This document shows positions 1-12,570 of a stretch of 64,000 bases of DNA, piece after piece. A program made the translations under genes and the position numbers. Source of the stretch: Ginglymostoma cirratum (taxonomy: Eukaryota). Position 1 is the stretch's first letter; each line of letters opens with the position of its first letter. The notes under the pieces are model-generated. The model was not told the DNA's origin and ran no database searches. It was given only the letters and a program-made list of their open reading frames with translations. The stretch is from the NCBI GenBank assembly GCA_024137785.1, contig JAHRHZ010000092.1, positions 720,300 to 784,299 on the forward strand, in the 5' to 3' direction.

Positions 1-62
1 AAGCTCCAATGATGCTGCTTGGCCTGCTGTGTTCATCCAGCTCCACACCTTGCTATTTCAGA
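1..62 (+). mobile_element. Partial arm of the Penelope-like fold-back repeat family (window edge)
   Basis: gatgctgcttggcctgctgtgttcatccagctccacaccttg matches the arms at 3190-3246, 20660-20713 and 35805-35860. Confidence 0.7.
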
Positions 63-1254
63 TCCGCGTTCGATTTGAAGCATTAACTGAGCTTCTCTCT
101 CCATTGAATTGGGAACACCTATTAAGCACTTACAGTACTTTTAGAGTTCATTTCAGATCCTTACTGCTTTTGGCTTTTGTCTTTGCGGAGAATTTCCTTT
201 CTTATGACTGGCATTCCGAAGTGGTTAAAAAACTGTGACTACACCTTCGTGTCATTTGTGGGGAATTAGTAAAAACGCATATGTGCAAATCAATGCGTTC
301 AGTAAAGTCCAGTAAGTTTCCAAATGTATTTGCCCGATACAGGACAATGAGAAAATTACCAAATAAAAATACTGCCCAAGTGAAAAATCCCATTGATTAC
401 CGACAAATAAATGATTGAATATCTACACAGTGTTGAAGAATGATTTGAATGGGAAATTGCTTAAAACTGAGGTATCATTATGATCTGGTATGTTGACAGC
501 GTGATTTGTAGGTGGAACTAATAAAGGCTGGCAGAGAAAGGTTGCGCGGAATTGCATTGACCCTGCTGTAAATTCTGTGCTGTTCCATGTGATCTGAATG
601 GGTTCACGTGTATTACGTTTTACAAAAAATGAGAAATTTGAGTTTGATATGTTTAATTTGACTGCGAAGATAATACGTATGGAAAGCAGAATATTTTCCT
701 AAACTGTGTTCAAAGGCTTTTGGGAGCCCTTGCACAGGAGTAACCTCAAGGTGCCATTCTGATACAGGGTAAAAGAAAAAAATAAGATAATAAAATTGTT
801 TTTATTTGCTAGGTTTGAGATATTAGAATATGAGTTCATGATGCAAAAATACAACGTTTTTGGGAAACTACATACGTTTAAAGTATTCTTGCCAAAGGAA
901 AATCTTATTTGCTTTAGAAGCATTATGACAGCACTAGTGATCTCTGGAATGAGAAGTTTGACCTGCGACAAAGGATTTCATAAAATTTTACTCTCTCATA
1001 CAGATAATGGAGAACAATGAGGAGGTGAACACTAAGAGGATGAGTTTCTCTGGCTGCAAAGTAGAGAAGCTGTCATCCTTACTTGGTCTGGCCTATTGGT
1101 GACTCTAAACCCTCAGCAATTGGTTCATTTTAAACTGCCATCTGAAATGGCCTGACAAGACATCCAGTTCCAGAGAAATTAGGGAATCTCAATATATTCT
1201 GACATTGTCAGTGATGCCTATATCCCGTTCATCATTTAAAGAAATGATTTGCGT

Positions 1255-1665
1255 GTGAGCGTAAGAGTTAAGTTAGTACGTTTGCAGATGACATCAAATT
1301 TGGAGGTAAAGTAGACAGCAAGGAAGGTTACCTCAGAGTACGACGGGCTCTTGATCAGATGTGGCAATGGGCCGAGGAGTGGCAGGTAGAGTTTAATTTA
1401 GATAAATGTGAGATGTTGCATTTTGGAAAGGCAAATCAGGGCAAGACTTATACTCTTAGTGGTAAGGGAGTGTTGCTGAACAAAGTGCAGGTTTATAGTT
1501 TCTTGAAAGTGGAGTTGCAGTTAGGTAGGATAGTGAAGAAGGCGTTTGGTTTGTTTGCCTTTATTGGTCAGTGTATTTCGTATAGAAGTTAGGAGGTCAT
1601 GTTATAACTGTACTGGACATTGGAATACTGCGTGCAGTTCTGGTCTCCCTGCTATCGGAAAGATG
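1255..1665 (+). mobile_element. CR1 LINE ORF2 (RT) fragment; continues at 3445-3955 after an insertion
   Basis: FADD motif and WAEEWQVEFNLDKCEMLHFG in ORF 1359-1592. Confidence 0.85.
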
Positions 1666-3009
1666 TTAGAGTCATAGAGACACCATTAAGCGTAAATGTC
1701 CCGCCCTGATTTGCCTTTCCAAAAGGCAGCACCTCACATTAGCTAAATTAAACTCCATCTATGACTCCTCCGCCCATTGTCTCATCTGATCCGGATCCCA
1801 TTGTACTCTGAGGTAAGTTTCTTGGCTGTCCATTATGCTTTCAATTTTGGTGTCAGCTGCAAACGTGCCACCCATACCTCCTATGTTCATATCCAAATCA
1901 TTTATTTAAATGACAAAAAGCAGTGGACCCAGCACTGATCCTTGTGGCATATCATTGGTCACTGGCATCTAGTCTGAAAAGCAACCCCCACCACCATCCT
2001 CTACCTTCTACATTTGTGCCAGTTCTGTATCCAAATAGCAAGTTCTCTCTATATTATGTGTGATATAATCTTTCTAACCAGTATTCCATGAGAAGCCTTG
2101 TCGAACACCTTACTGTAGTCTATATAGATCATATCCGCTGCTCTGCCCTCATCAATTCTCTTTATACTTCTTCAAAAAACTCAATCAAGTTAGTGAGCCA
2201 CGATTTCCCATGCACAAACTCATGTTGACTATCCCTAATCAGTCCTTGCCTTTCCAAATACATGTAAATCCTGTCCCTCAGCATTCCTTCCAACAACTTG
2301 CCCACCACCAATGTCAGGCTCACCTATCTATAATTCTCTGGCTTTTCCTTATCACTTTCTTAAACAGTGGCACCACGTTAGCCAGTCTCCAGTCTTCTGG
2401 CACCGCACCTGTGGCTATCAAGGATAAAAATATCTCAGCAAGGTGCCTAGCAATCTCTTCCATCGCTTCCCACTGAGTTCTAAGGTACACCTGATCAGGT
2501 GCCGGGGATTTATCCACCTTTATGAGTTTTAAAACGTTCAGTACCTCTTCTTCTGTAACGTGGACAGTTTCTCTCGATGTCGCTATTTATTTCCCCATGT
2601 TCTTTATCTTCCATATACTTCTCCACAGTAAACACTAATGCAAAATACTCCTTTAGTATTTCCCCCATCTCCTGCAGTTCCACACATAGGTGGGCTTGCT
2701 GATCTTTAAGGAGCCCTATTCTTTCGCTAGTCATGTTTTTGTCCTTAATGCATTTGTGGAATCCCTTTGGATTTTCCTTCACCCTATTTCCAAAAGTTAT
2801 TTCATGTCCCTTTTTGCCCTCCAGATTTCCCTCTCACGTATACTCCTAATGCCTTTATACTCTTCCAGGGATTCACTCGATCCCTGCTGTCTACACCTGA
2901 CACATGCTTCCTTCTTTCTCTTGACCAAAACCTCAATTTCTCTCGTCATCCAGCATTCCTTATACCTACCAGCCTTGCCCTTCACCCTAACAGGAACGTA
3001 CTGTCTCTC

Positions 3010-3246
3010 GAGATAAAAGGTACTGCAGATGCTGGAGAATCTGAGATAACAAGCATGGGGCTGGATGAACACAGCAGGTCAAGCAGCATCATAGGAGCAG
3101 GAAAACTTAACGTTTCGGGCATAGGCCCTTCATCAGAAAATCAAAAATTTTTTCTGATGAAGGGTCTAGGCCCGAAACGTCAAGTTTTCCTGCTCCTATG
3201 ATGCTGCTTGATCTGTTGTGTTCATCCAGCCCATGCTTGTTGTCTC
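3010..3246. mobile_element. Fold-back Penelope-like terminal-repeat insertion with two opposed hammerhead motifs
   Basis: Inverted arms; CTGATGA-agggtctaggccc-GAAAC-GTC at 3154-3181 and an antisense copy at 3109-3136; direct repeat cgtactgtctctcga at 2997-3011 and 3246-3260. Confidence 0.75.
3154..3181 (+). ncRNA. Minimal type I hammerhead ribozyme motif
   Basis: Core CUGAUGA, stem II GGGU-cuag-GCCC, GAAA, palindromic mini stem III (ACGU), GUC triplet; stem I is weak in this copy. Confidence 0.6.
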
Positions 3247-3444
3247 GTACTGTCTCTCGACTCTCGTTATCTCATTTTGAAAGCTTCCAATTTTCCAACA
3301 GTCCGTTGACATGCAAAAATCCGCCCCCAAACAACTTTTGAAAGTTCTTGCCTAATGCCGTCAAAATCGCCTTCCTTCAATTTAGAACTTTAACTTTTTG
3401 ATCCTGTCTATCCTTTTCCATCACTATGTTAAACCTAATCCACC

Positions 3445-3955
3445 TTGTGAAACTTGAAAGGGTTCAGAAAAGATTTACAATAATGTTGCCAGGGTTGGAG
3501 GGTTTGAGCTACAGGGAAAGGCTGAATAGATTGAGGCTACTTTCCTGGAGAGCGTCGGAGGCTGAAGGGTGACCACATAGAGGTTTATAAAATCTTGAAG
3601 GGCATGGATATGGTAAAGAGACATGGTTTTTCCCCCTGGTTGGGGGAGTCCAAAACTAGAGGGCATAGATTTAAGGTGAAAGGGAAAGATTTATAAGGGG
3701 CAACGACTTCACGCGGGCGGGGGGCGGAGGGAAGGTGGAGGTACGTGTATGGAATGAACTGCCTGATGAAGTAGTGCAGGCTGGTACAATTACAACATTT
3801 AAAAGGCATCTGGATAGGTATATGAATAGGAATGGGTTAAAGAGATATGGGCCAAATGCTGGTAAATGGGACTAGAATTATTTCGGATAGCTGGTGGCGT
3901 GGACCGAAGTTGGACCGAAGGGTCTGTTTCCTTGTTGTATATCCCTATGAGTCTA
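3445..3955 (+). mobile_element. CR1 LINE 3' end
   Basis: LERVQKRFT-like coding sequence and the CR1 3' UTR ggaccgaagggtctgtttcc. Confidence 0.8.
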
Positions 3956-5059
3956 ATTAAGTACAAAAAAAGTGACAAAATATCTTAATAATCGATGGGG
4001 CATTTAGCGTTAGCATAAACTTCTCCAAGAGTTGTGAATTTTTGGAATTCTCCATCCAACGAGATGCCTAGTCATTTATTTTAATCAGGACAGAATTTGG
4101 TAGATGCTGTGATAGAAGGGAAGTCAAAGATGATAAGTACAGGCAAGAAGAATTTGGGCGGCAAACAAACCACGATCTTAATGAAAGGCGATGGTATCTC
4201 TAAGAGCTTAAAGGCATCCTCCTGATTTGTATTCAGTCATTTAGTTTGAACTTTGATACCAGGCACAGCATTTGTATCAAATCTTGTATAGTCGATCGGA
4301 TCTTGTCAATTATTCTTTTTTCTGCACTGCTGAAGCCCACTGAGTGACGTAGAGTGCAGTTAACAAAGGAGTTCTAAGATTTTAACCAACTATAGTTGGG
4401 GATCTTGGCTTGCTGTTCTAGTGCAATAATGTTCTTTATAGTTCAAATATGTACTGCAGTGAGAATGAAATGTATATGGTTTTGCATTGCCATCTGCCGT
4501 TGTAGTAATGTATGGCCTATAGACGATACAGATTGTGTCATGTGACATAGTCAAAATTAAGTTGATAGATAGTTAAGCGTTCAATACTTGTGTTTTTTCA
4601 ACTCAAAATCCGTCTGCACCCGTTGAGGCTTGAATTTCGCGAAGGAGACTACTAAGGGAATGCACTTTTCATTTTATGTTGTATTTCGTAGTGTAATGCC
4701 ACGAAGCATTAATCTATGGCCATAGAAATGTGGGAACATGGAAGCATGAGCTGAAATTACCGTTCTCGAACCACTCTCTAGTTAACATATACAATCACTG
4801 TTTATATCATACATCGATTGGAGCAGATTGATTTCAAATCCATCCTTACAGAACTCAAATAAAAATTTCTGGAATGTTCAATTGACGCACCGAACCATTA
4901 CATTTTTTGCCGATAGTTTTATGCTTCGATTAGCACTTGTAACTAAGTTATGTGAATTAGGGCGTAACAAAAAATCCCTCTACTGACTAAAAAAGGAAGA
5001 AAGAAAACAGGAAATTAAAATCTGATGGTTTGGCATCTAAAAACGTTCGAATATATCAT

Positions 5060-5900
5060 ACGGGATGTGGTAACTGGAACATATAAAACAATGGAGGATT
5101 TACCAACGTCAGCATGGATTTGTGAAAGGAAAATCGTGTTTTGGGGATCAGGACTTCTTTCAGCATGAAATTGGCACAACAATTAAAGTGGATGTACTGG
5201 CTTTTAATTAGATTTCACACAAGAGAGCAATAAGCATATTTAGAGCACGTGATCTTGGAGGTAATATACTAGCATAAATATAGTTTTAGTTAATGAGCAG
5301 AAAACAGAAAATATGTGCAAATGGGTTATTTGCTACGTAGTTGGCCATGACTTAGGGTACTTACACAGGCTAAATGAGCGGGCAATAACTTGGGTAGAAT
5401 ATACTGTTGAAAAATGTGAATTTATCAAGGATGTTAAGAAAACCGGAAATGCAAAGTATTTCTTAAATGATCAGAAAATGGAAAACGTTCATATCGAAAG
5501 GGGCTTGGGTTTATATATATATATGTATATATGATATATGAAAGTGTTAACACTCATAACAGAACGGCTTTATTTCCACCACCAAGTCGCTCATGGAATA
5601 TTCTTGGTTCTTACATCACTGATAACTAACAAGCGTGTGCAGCAAACAGTTAGGAGTACACGTGTATGTTGCTCTTTCTATCAAGAAGACATTAGTCCAA
5701 ACGTAAAAAGAAAACCTTGCTGCGACTAAACAGAGGCTAGGCAAAACCATACCTCGCTTTTTGTGCGCTGTTTTGTATCCTTATTGAATTTTAAAAATCA
5801 TATTTACCACCCAGGATTCAAAAGAAAGATTTCCGGAATTCTGTATTTGTCCTATGAGCAGAGCAAGCCTATATCTTGGAAGGATGAAATGGGAATTTCA
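5060..5900 (+). mobile_element. Highly degenerate CR1 fragments
   Basis: cagcatggatttgtgaaaggaaaatcgtgt (QHGFVKGKSC) and EKCE remnants. Confidence 0.55.
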
Positions 5901-6093
5901 TTGACGCATACAACATTCCTAAAGAGTTCGAGCCACTACCTACGTTCATGGGAGATGGGCGTCTCTGGATAGGCCAGTAATTCTTACCCATCCCTAATTG
6001 TCCGGAGGGCATTCTGAGTCGACCACATTGTTGTAGGTCTGAAGTCACATGTTGGCCAGACCAGATAAGGATTGCAGACATAATCGTACATGA

Positions 6094-6345
6094 GGGTGCC
6101 ACGGTGGCTCAGTGATTAGCACTGCTGCCTCACAGCGCCAGGGTGGGGAGTTCGATTCCCGCTTGGGCTACTGTGTGCGTGGAATTTGCACGTTCGCCCC
6201 ATGTCTGTGCAGGGTTCATCCCCCAGTCGAAAGTTGTGCTAGTTAGATGGATTGGCTATGCTAAATTGCCCACAGTGTTCAGTAACGTATGGGTTATAGG
6301 GGCCTTGGCCTGGGTGGGATGCTCTGATGCCGCCTATAGTGTTTC
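6094..6345 (+). mobile_element. tRNA-derived V-SINE (HE1-like)
   Basis: ggtggctcagtgattagc A box, gttcgattccc B box, V-core gtggaatttgcacgttc. Confidence 0.8.
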
Positions 6346-6456
6346 TTTATTCCATCCGTTCTTTCTTCTGTAAACATTTGCACTGTAGTTTACATAGTAT
6401 GCTGAAGCCAGAGGCAATGTGTTGGACACATGAGTTGTCAGCTGTTACTCTGCAGC

Positions 6457-6495
6457 AGTTTTTGTCAGGGTTCCGAATGACTCCGCAGCGCTGTG
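6457..6495 (-). other. 23-RSS of the V at 6496-7285
   Basis: Minus strand: CACAGCG (6495-6489), 23-bp spacer, ACAAAAACT (6465-6457). Confidence 0.92.
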
Positions 6496-7285
6496 TCGCA
6501 TCCTGGGCTGCACAGAAATAGTTTGCCTCGTCTGCGGGGTCAACATCGCTAATTTTCAGGATAGACATTCTATCGTTCATTGTTCGTGTGATTTCAAATC
6601 GGATTTTGAAGTCCTCTTCATTCACCGCTTCATTGCTCCTGTACTGATAGCCGATGAGTTTGAAACCATGTCCAGGTTTCTGGCGATACCAGAGCATGTT
6701 GCTACGAACTGTCTCATTTTGATAACAATTTAACACGGCCTGTTCGCCCTTTTGAACGGAGCGCGAAGGTGCCCACTGATGTATCACATCGGCTAGCGGA
6801 CAGTCTGAAACAGAAGCGACACATTTAATATTCGGCCTAATTTCAGAAATTTCTAATTGAAGTTCTGCGTACAACGAGTACAACCGAGGGCCGCACCTGG
6901 ATAAAACATGGTCAATATCTAACACTCGTTTACAACAACGCGAAAAATCTGATGTTTAAAGGCCGTAGCAAAGGTAGCCTGCAATTAATCAACAAACTAC
7001 GGGAATATGTTGTTATACTGAATACATCTGATTCCATTAAATATTTTAGCAACTAAAATAAAGTCAAGCGACTGTAAATTGCAAATACGGATTGCGGATG
7101 CACAAACTGCGGATGTTAAATAAATGACTTTTCTCATAATTGCTCAGCAATGCAATGTGTAGGTAGCACAATTAAGTTTAGCTAATAGATGTCCTGAAGG
7201 CCCTCAGTGCAAAGCCTAAAACGGTTCCATATATCTTACTCGGAATCAAAACTAGAAGAGTAAAGGAGAGCAAATGTAGGTACAT
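6496..7285 (-). CDS. TRBV: TCR beta V segment, apparently functional; leader 7285-7240, V exon 6804-6496
   Basis: Leader MYLHLLSFTLLVLIP + phase-1 GTAAG donor; acceptor tttcag; V domain DVIHQW..LNC..MLWYRQKPG..EEDFKIRFEITR..DEANYFCAAQD; 23-RSS. Confidence 0.9.
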
Positions 7286-7354
7286 GGTGAAAGCCTCAAA
7301 ACATGGATGGCGATGGCGCTGATTATTAATCACAGGCAAACGGAATCGTCGGTG

Positions 7355-7370
7355 CCGGAAATTACGTAAT
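7355..7370 (-). promoter_or_regulatory. ETS + CRE-like composite promoter motif
   Basis: CCGGAAATTACGTAAT about 70 bp upstream of the leader ATG. Confidence 0.5.
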
Positions 7371-8587
7371 TGAGAAAGAACTAACGTACTGCTCTGAGGG
7401 CCTCTGATATCTTCGGGGGGGGGCGTGGCTGCTCTGAGCCCAGGAATAATCTATCGAATGAAGAATGCATTTGAAAGGAGCCAACCAATGTGCGCAGTAT
7501 AAATTGAAGAGCGTTGTGATCATGAACAGATATTGCATTGTTCACTTCAAATATTGGCCTGAAAGCAAGGGACGCTCTCCCGACGTTTTCGAAAAAAGTC
7601 TCTAATAAATTATATGTCCAACAGAGAAAATGAGCGGAGCGTCAGTTAACAAAGAAAATGGACGGAGGGTCAGTTGAATAATATCCTCGGTATTTACGAT
7701 CCGACAGCATAGAACAATTAAGTACATACTCTGTGACAGGGCAGTGTGTTTTCAGTATAGACCCTCTCAAAATGTCTCGCTCCCTCAATAAGGACCTTCA
7801 GACACTCAGCCCTCCCACCCGCTCACCGCCCAGCCACACACACAATTCCAAATCAACTTCTGCACTGACGCAATGGCTTCGATTACTGAATAGGGCGAGG
7901 GATAAATGACCTCTGTTTTGAGCATGGACTGGAAAAGCTCCATTTGTGATACTTGGAGCGGAGTAGATTGAAGCAAGATGTGCCAGAATTGCATCAAAGT
8001 TACTTCAGTCTCGACATTGGAGGAGCTGGAATGATTCTCTTTAGAGCAGAGTGAGGAAATCAGACAATTTGACACTTGATCCTATCTCTTCAATAGAGTA
8101 TTTATGCGAGCATTTTTTCCACTCACAGGAGTAGCCCTCCAGAAAATAGTGGCAGCAGTGCAATTGCAATTTACAAGACGCACTGCAGCAACTATCCGTT
8201 TCGACAGCATCTTTCAGACCGGCGAACTTTTCCACCGAGCAGGACAGAGATAGAAAAAGCAGGAGAAAAGCCGCAATCTTCAAGTTGATCTTCAAATCGG
8301 ATACCGTCCTGACTTGGAATTGCGACACTCGTTGAATCAAATCTCTGAGACTCTCTAACAGCATAGTGCGTGCACCTGCCCAGTTTAACTGCAGTTGTTT
8401 AAGCAGACAAGTAACCACCACCTCCTCAAAACATTTAAGGTTGACCAGCAAAGCCTTCCTTCCCAGCGACGCCCATATATTGTGAAAGAATTTTTAATAG
8501 TGTCTGTTAGCAGACTACTGGGAACCAGGATAATTGACAGAAATATCGAAGTGTAAGGGGAGATGGTGTTAAATCCAGAAGAAAGAA

Positions 8588-8887
8588 GCCATAGAATCCC
8601 TACAGTGTGGAAACAGGCCATTCTGCCCAACAAGTCCACACAGCCCCTCTGAAGAACATCCTATCCAGACCCATTCCCCATGTCTAACCTAAACAGCTTA
8701 GCATGGCCAATCCATCTAACCTGCACATCTTTGCACTGTGGGAGGAAACCGGAGCACCCGGCGGAAACCCACGCCGAGACGGGAGAATGCGCAAACTCCG
8801 CATAGACAGTCGCCCGAGGCTGGAATCGAACCTAGGCCCGTGACCCTGTGAGGTAGCAGTGCTAACCACTGAGCCACCGTGCCGCCC
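8588..8887 (-). mobile_element. Full-length tRNA-derived V-SINE (HE1-like)
   Basis: Minus strand begins gggcggcacggtggctcagtggttagcactgct, B box ggttcgattcc, CR1-like tail. Confidence 0.85.
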
Positions 8888-10431
8888 TATTCTTGTAATT
8901 TGCCCCTTCTCTCGTCTTAGACTTCAATCTTACAACTTGGAGCGTTTAGCTGAGTGCCAGCAGAAATTTTCAACTAAATGAAAGCAAAACTGAAAAACCT
9001 GGATCTGTGTGAGCCTTGACCTCTCCCACACATGCTTCTTTTAAAGTTATTTAGTCTGCATGTCTGGAGTATACAACCCGGTACAAGGGTGACAACAACC
9101 CCCTGCGAGAGAAGCAGAACAGAACACATCTTTCTGAAATGCACAATACGTCACAACTGTGACTGACTAGTCATCACATATGCAAGCTAACCTACACAAT
9201 TTCGAGACAAGCTATCTAATGTGCTAATGCCCTTTGGGAAGAAAACGTGCCTGTGTCGTCCGACCTGCACGTGATTCTATATGTACAACAGCGTGGTTGA
9301 CTGTTAAACTGTCCTCTGCAATGGTTTAGTAAAGTCTTCAATGTAAGGACAATTAAGTATGTGCAACACTTGCTATCCTTACCAGATATGTCCACAGGCG
9401 ATCAAAGTGTCAAAGGAAAGTCAGGCAAATCCGTTTAAATTAATGAAAATATAGAATGTTCTACTTGAAAGTGTTACTGAAGTAGGCTGAACAATTTCAT
9501 CAATTTGTTTGAAAATGTAAGTAATTGAAAATGGTATGCAGAAACTAATATCTACAGGCAACATGTTCCTTAATCAGGGGCCATTGATTTAGCGTGACTT
9601 GCAAAAGGACCAGAGCAGAAGATCAGCAGAATTCTCAACGTCAAATTGTTTTTTTTTTATTTGAAACGCATTGGCTGAAAACACACTGTAACTAAATTTA
9701 GTAGTAGTCTTTAAAAAGATAATTAGAGAATTATTGGAAGAAATGTTTTCAGTGTTGTTGAGAGATGATCAGGAGACTGATTTAATTAGGGAGCGTTGTA
9801 TAAAACAAATTTGAGCATTATGAACTGATTGGATTTTTCTAAGTTGCGTCATTCTATGACTGAATGATAATCACCCATCTCTCATTGCTATTGCAATTGT
9901 GCATATATGTAATAGAATAAACCTTGGACATTGGGCAAGTGCATAACAGCAGTTACATGCAATTTTGAATAAATAACACTCCATTCAAATAGTTCTTCGG
10001 TTGTTCAGAATTTGAATGCCACTGAAAAATATATTTTGTGAGGCATTTGTCTTCCAATCATCAAGAAAATTCTCAAGAAATACCAGATTAAATATAGTTT
10101 ACCCTATCCTTTGACAGTTCGTGCAAATTGTCCTTATAATAATGTATTCACATAACTGAAAATTGAAACGATAAAAAAAGGCAATTAAAACATATCATAA
10201 TGTTTACTATTTGTTTGGAAGTTGCCATCTGTTTTTTGATGTTAGGCATATAGCAAATGGTAAATATTTTGATAGGCAGATCGATATGGCAACTTGATGC
10301 ATCAATAATAGAGGCAGGTACAAAGATAGACATAATCAATCAAACAGACAGACAGATAGATGGACAGAAAGATAGTGACAGAGATCTGGAGAAACTGCCA
10401 GGCCAATATATATCCTGAATCATTTAGGGTT

Positions 10432-10767
10432 TTTTTTTGTTGAGCCCTTCCATCCAGCTCAGTCAGTGTGTGTAAACGCCAGGCGCGGTATTACACGGCC
10501 GTGTGATTCACACATCGGCCAAAAGACTCCAGGCAGAAGTGAGTGTTGTCAGATTGCCTGGTGGTGAAACCGTCCACCACTCAATTGGGCGTGATTGTTC
10601 TCGTATAGGAATAGAAAAGGTTCTGATGCTCGCGGCCACGAAGCCACTTACATCAATAGACGTTCAAGCTAGCATCAGCTTTTGCGTAATAACATTCCAT
10701 ATTGATTGGGGTGCCTGCGTTTGGGATATGGAAGTGGATGTCCGCTGGGTCAACACGACTGCCACAT
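10432..10767 (-). pseudogene. TRBV: TRBV30-like V pseudogene (exon 10767-10471) with decayed 23-RSS
   Basis: ttttacag acceptor; DVAVVLTQ..fs..GTPINMEC..VY*CK..QNLFYS..GFTTRQ..NHTAV*YRAW; CACACTG (10470-10464), 23-bp spacer, ACAAAAAAA; leader not found. Confidence 0.85.
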
Positions 10768-10834
10768 CTGTAAAACAGGAAATGAAAAGACCAATGTTGA
10801 AATCGACGCCCTTGAGGAAGCACGAATAAAAGCA

Positions 10835-11105
10835 AGACTGGCAGGGTGAGGGTGAGAGTGGATAGATTTAAAAAGGACCTGAGGGACAGACAGAACATGG
10901 TGCGTGCATGGAAAGAGCTGCCAGAAGAAGTGGTAGAGTTAGGTATAATTACAACATTCAAGGTCATTTGGACAGGTACATGGAAAGGAAAGGTTTAGAG
11001 GGACTCGGCCAAATGCAGGCAAAGGGGACTAGTTCAGTTTAGGTGGTCGGTATGGACAAGTGGGACCAAAGGTTGTGTTTCCGCACTGCATGACTCTATG
11101 ACTCA
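10835..11105 (+). mobile_element. CR1 3' end fragment
   Basis: RFKKDLR..W..LPEEVVE remnant plus 3' UTR with tgactcta tail. Confidence 0.75.
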
Positions 11106-11106
11106 A

Positions 11107-12570
11107 CTTAAACCTATGCCTCTCGTTTCGAACTCCCCTACTCAAGGGAAAACACTTTTCTATTCCCCTTAGCTATGCCACTCATGATTTTATACATCTA
11201 TGTAAGGTCACCCCCTCAAACCTCCTCCTCTCCAGCCATCCAGCCTCTCCTTATAATTAAAACCCCTCAGTGCCGATAACAGTCTTCTAAATCTTTTCTG
11301 TACACTCTTCAATTTAAAAATATCCATTCTAAAGCAGACCAACCAAACCTGTATGCAGTACTCCAAAAGTGGCCTCTCTACTGTCCCGTACAGCTGTAAC
11401 ATGACGACCTAACTACAATACTCAATGCTCGGATCAATGAAGGCAAGTATGCGAAACGTATTCTTCACCACCTTGTATATCTGTGCCGCCATTTTCAAGG
11501 AACCATATACCTGAAACCCTAGGTGGGTCTGTTCCACAACATTCCCCAGGGCCCTACCATTAACTGCATAAGTCCTGCGCTGGTTTGCTTTGCCGAAGTG
11601 CAACATCTGGCATTTATCTAAATTAAACTCCATCTGCCGCTCCTCGGCCCATTTGCCCAGCTGATCAAGATGCCATTGCACTTTTAGATAACCTTCACTG
11701 TCCACCATATCACCAATTTTAGTGCCATTTAAATTTGCTAACCAAGCTTCCTATGTTCTCATCCAAATCGTTTATACAAATGTTAAACAACAGTGGATCC
11801 AGCACCGATCGCTGTGGAACATCGTTGGTCACAGGTCTCCAGTCTGAAAAACACCCCTCTATTTAGGCCCGAAACGTCAAGTTTTCCTGCTCCTGTGATG
11901 CTGCTTGACCTGCTGTGTTCATCCAGCCCCATGCTTGTTATCTCAGATTCTCCAGCATCTGCAGTACCTTTTATCTCTACCACCATTCTCTGTCTCCTGC
12001 TGTCCAGCCAAATTTGTATTCAATTGTCTACCTCTCCCTGGATCCCAGGCAATCTAACCAGTCTATCATGCAGAACCTTGTCGAAGGCTTGCTAAAGTCC
12101 ATGTACCCAGCACCTGCTGCTCTGTCCTCATCTTGTCCTCAGAAGCTTCAACGAAATTAATGAGACATGATTTCCCATGCACAAAGCCATGCTGACTATC
12201 CCTAATCAGTCCTTACCTTTCCAAATGCACGTAAATCCTGCATCTCAGCATCCCTTCTCCAACAACTTACCCTCCACTGATGTCAGGCTCACTGGTCCAT
12301 AACTCTGTGGCTTTTCTGAAATAAAGGCACAACATTAACCATCCTTCATCTTCCAGCAACTCACCCGTGGCATTAGATTATACAAATATCTCTGCAAAGG
12401 GCCACACAACTTCTTCCTTAGCTTCCCACAATATCCTGGGATACATTTGATCAGAGCCAGCGGGTTTATCATCCTTAACTGCCTTACGACCTCCAGTACC
12501 TCTTCTTCTGGCGTGTGGACTGTTGTCAAGACATCACTACTTATTTCCCTGAGCTCCCTCACTTCCATGT
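11107..12570 (-). mobile_element. CR1 LINE ORF2 fragment, with a Penelope-like arm inserted at ~11864-11977
   Basis: ORFs MLQLY..RPLLEYCIQVW and WAEERQMEFNLDKC. Confidence 0.85.

Larger units (their letters stand above)
1690..3440 (-). mobile_element. CR1 LINE ORF2 fragment nested in the + strand CR1
   Basis: ORFs KENPKGF, DKSPAPD, VPEDWRLANVVPLFKK on the minus strand. Confidence 0.85.

Noticed and set aside
6094-6170. tRNA-like A/B boxes (also ~8820-8887 and ~19680-19760)
   Set aside because: These are SINE heads continuing into V-SINE core, not tRNA genes
6805-6925. N-terminal extension of ORF 6347-6925 (and similar extensions of ORFs 14212, 22438, 38673)
   Set aside because: Read-through into intron and RSS; true exons are bounded by AG acceptors, separate leader exons and heptamers
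8030-8260. GT..AG pair followed by GVALQKIV, reminiscent of a V exon start
   Set aside because: No Cys23, WYRQ, YxC or RSS follows; leader not convincing
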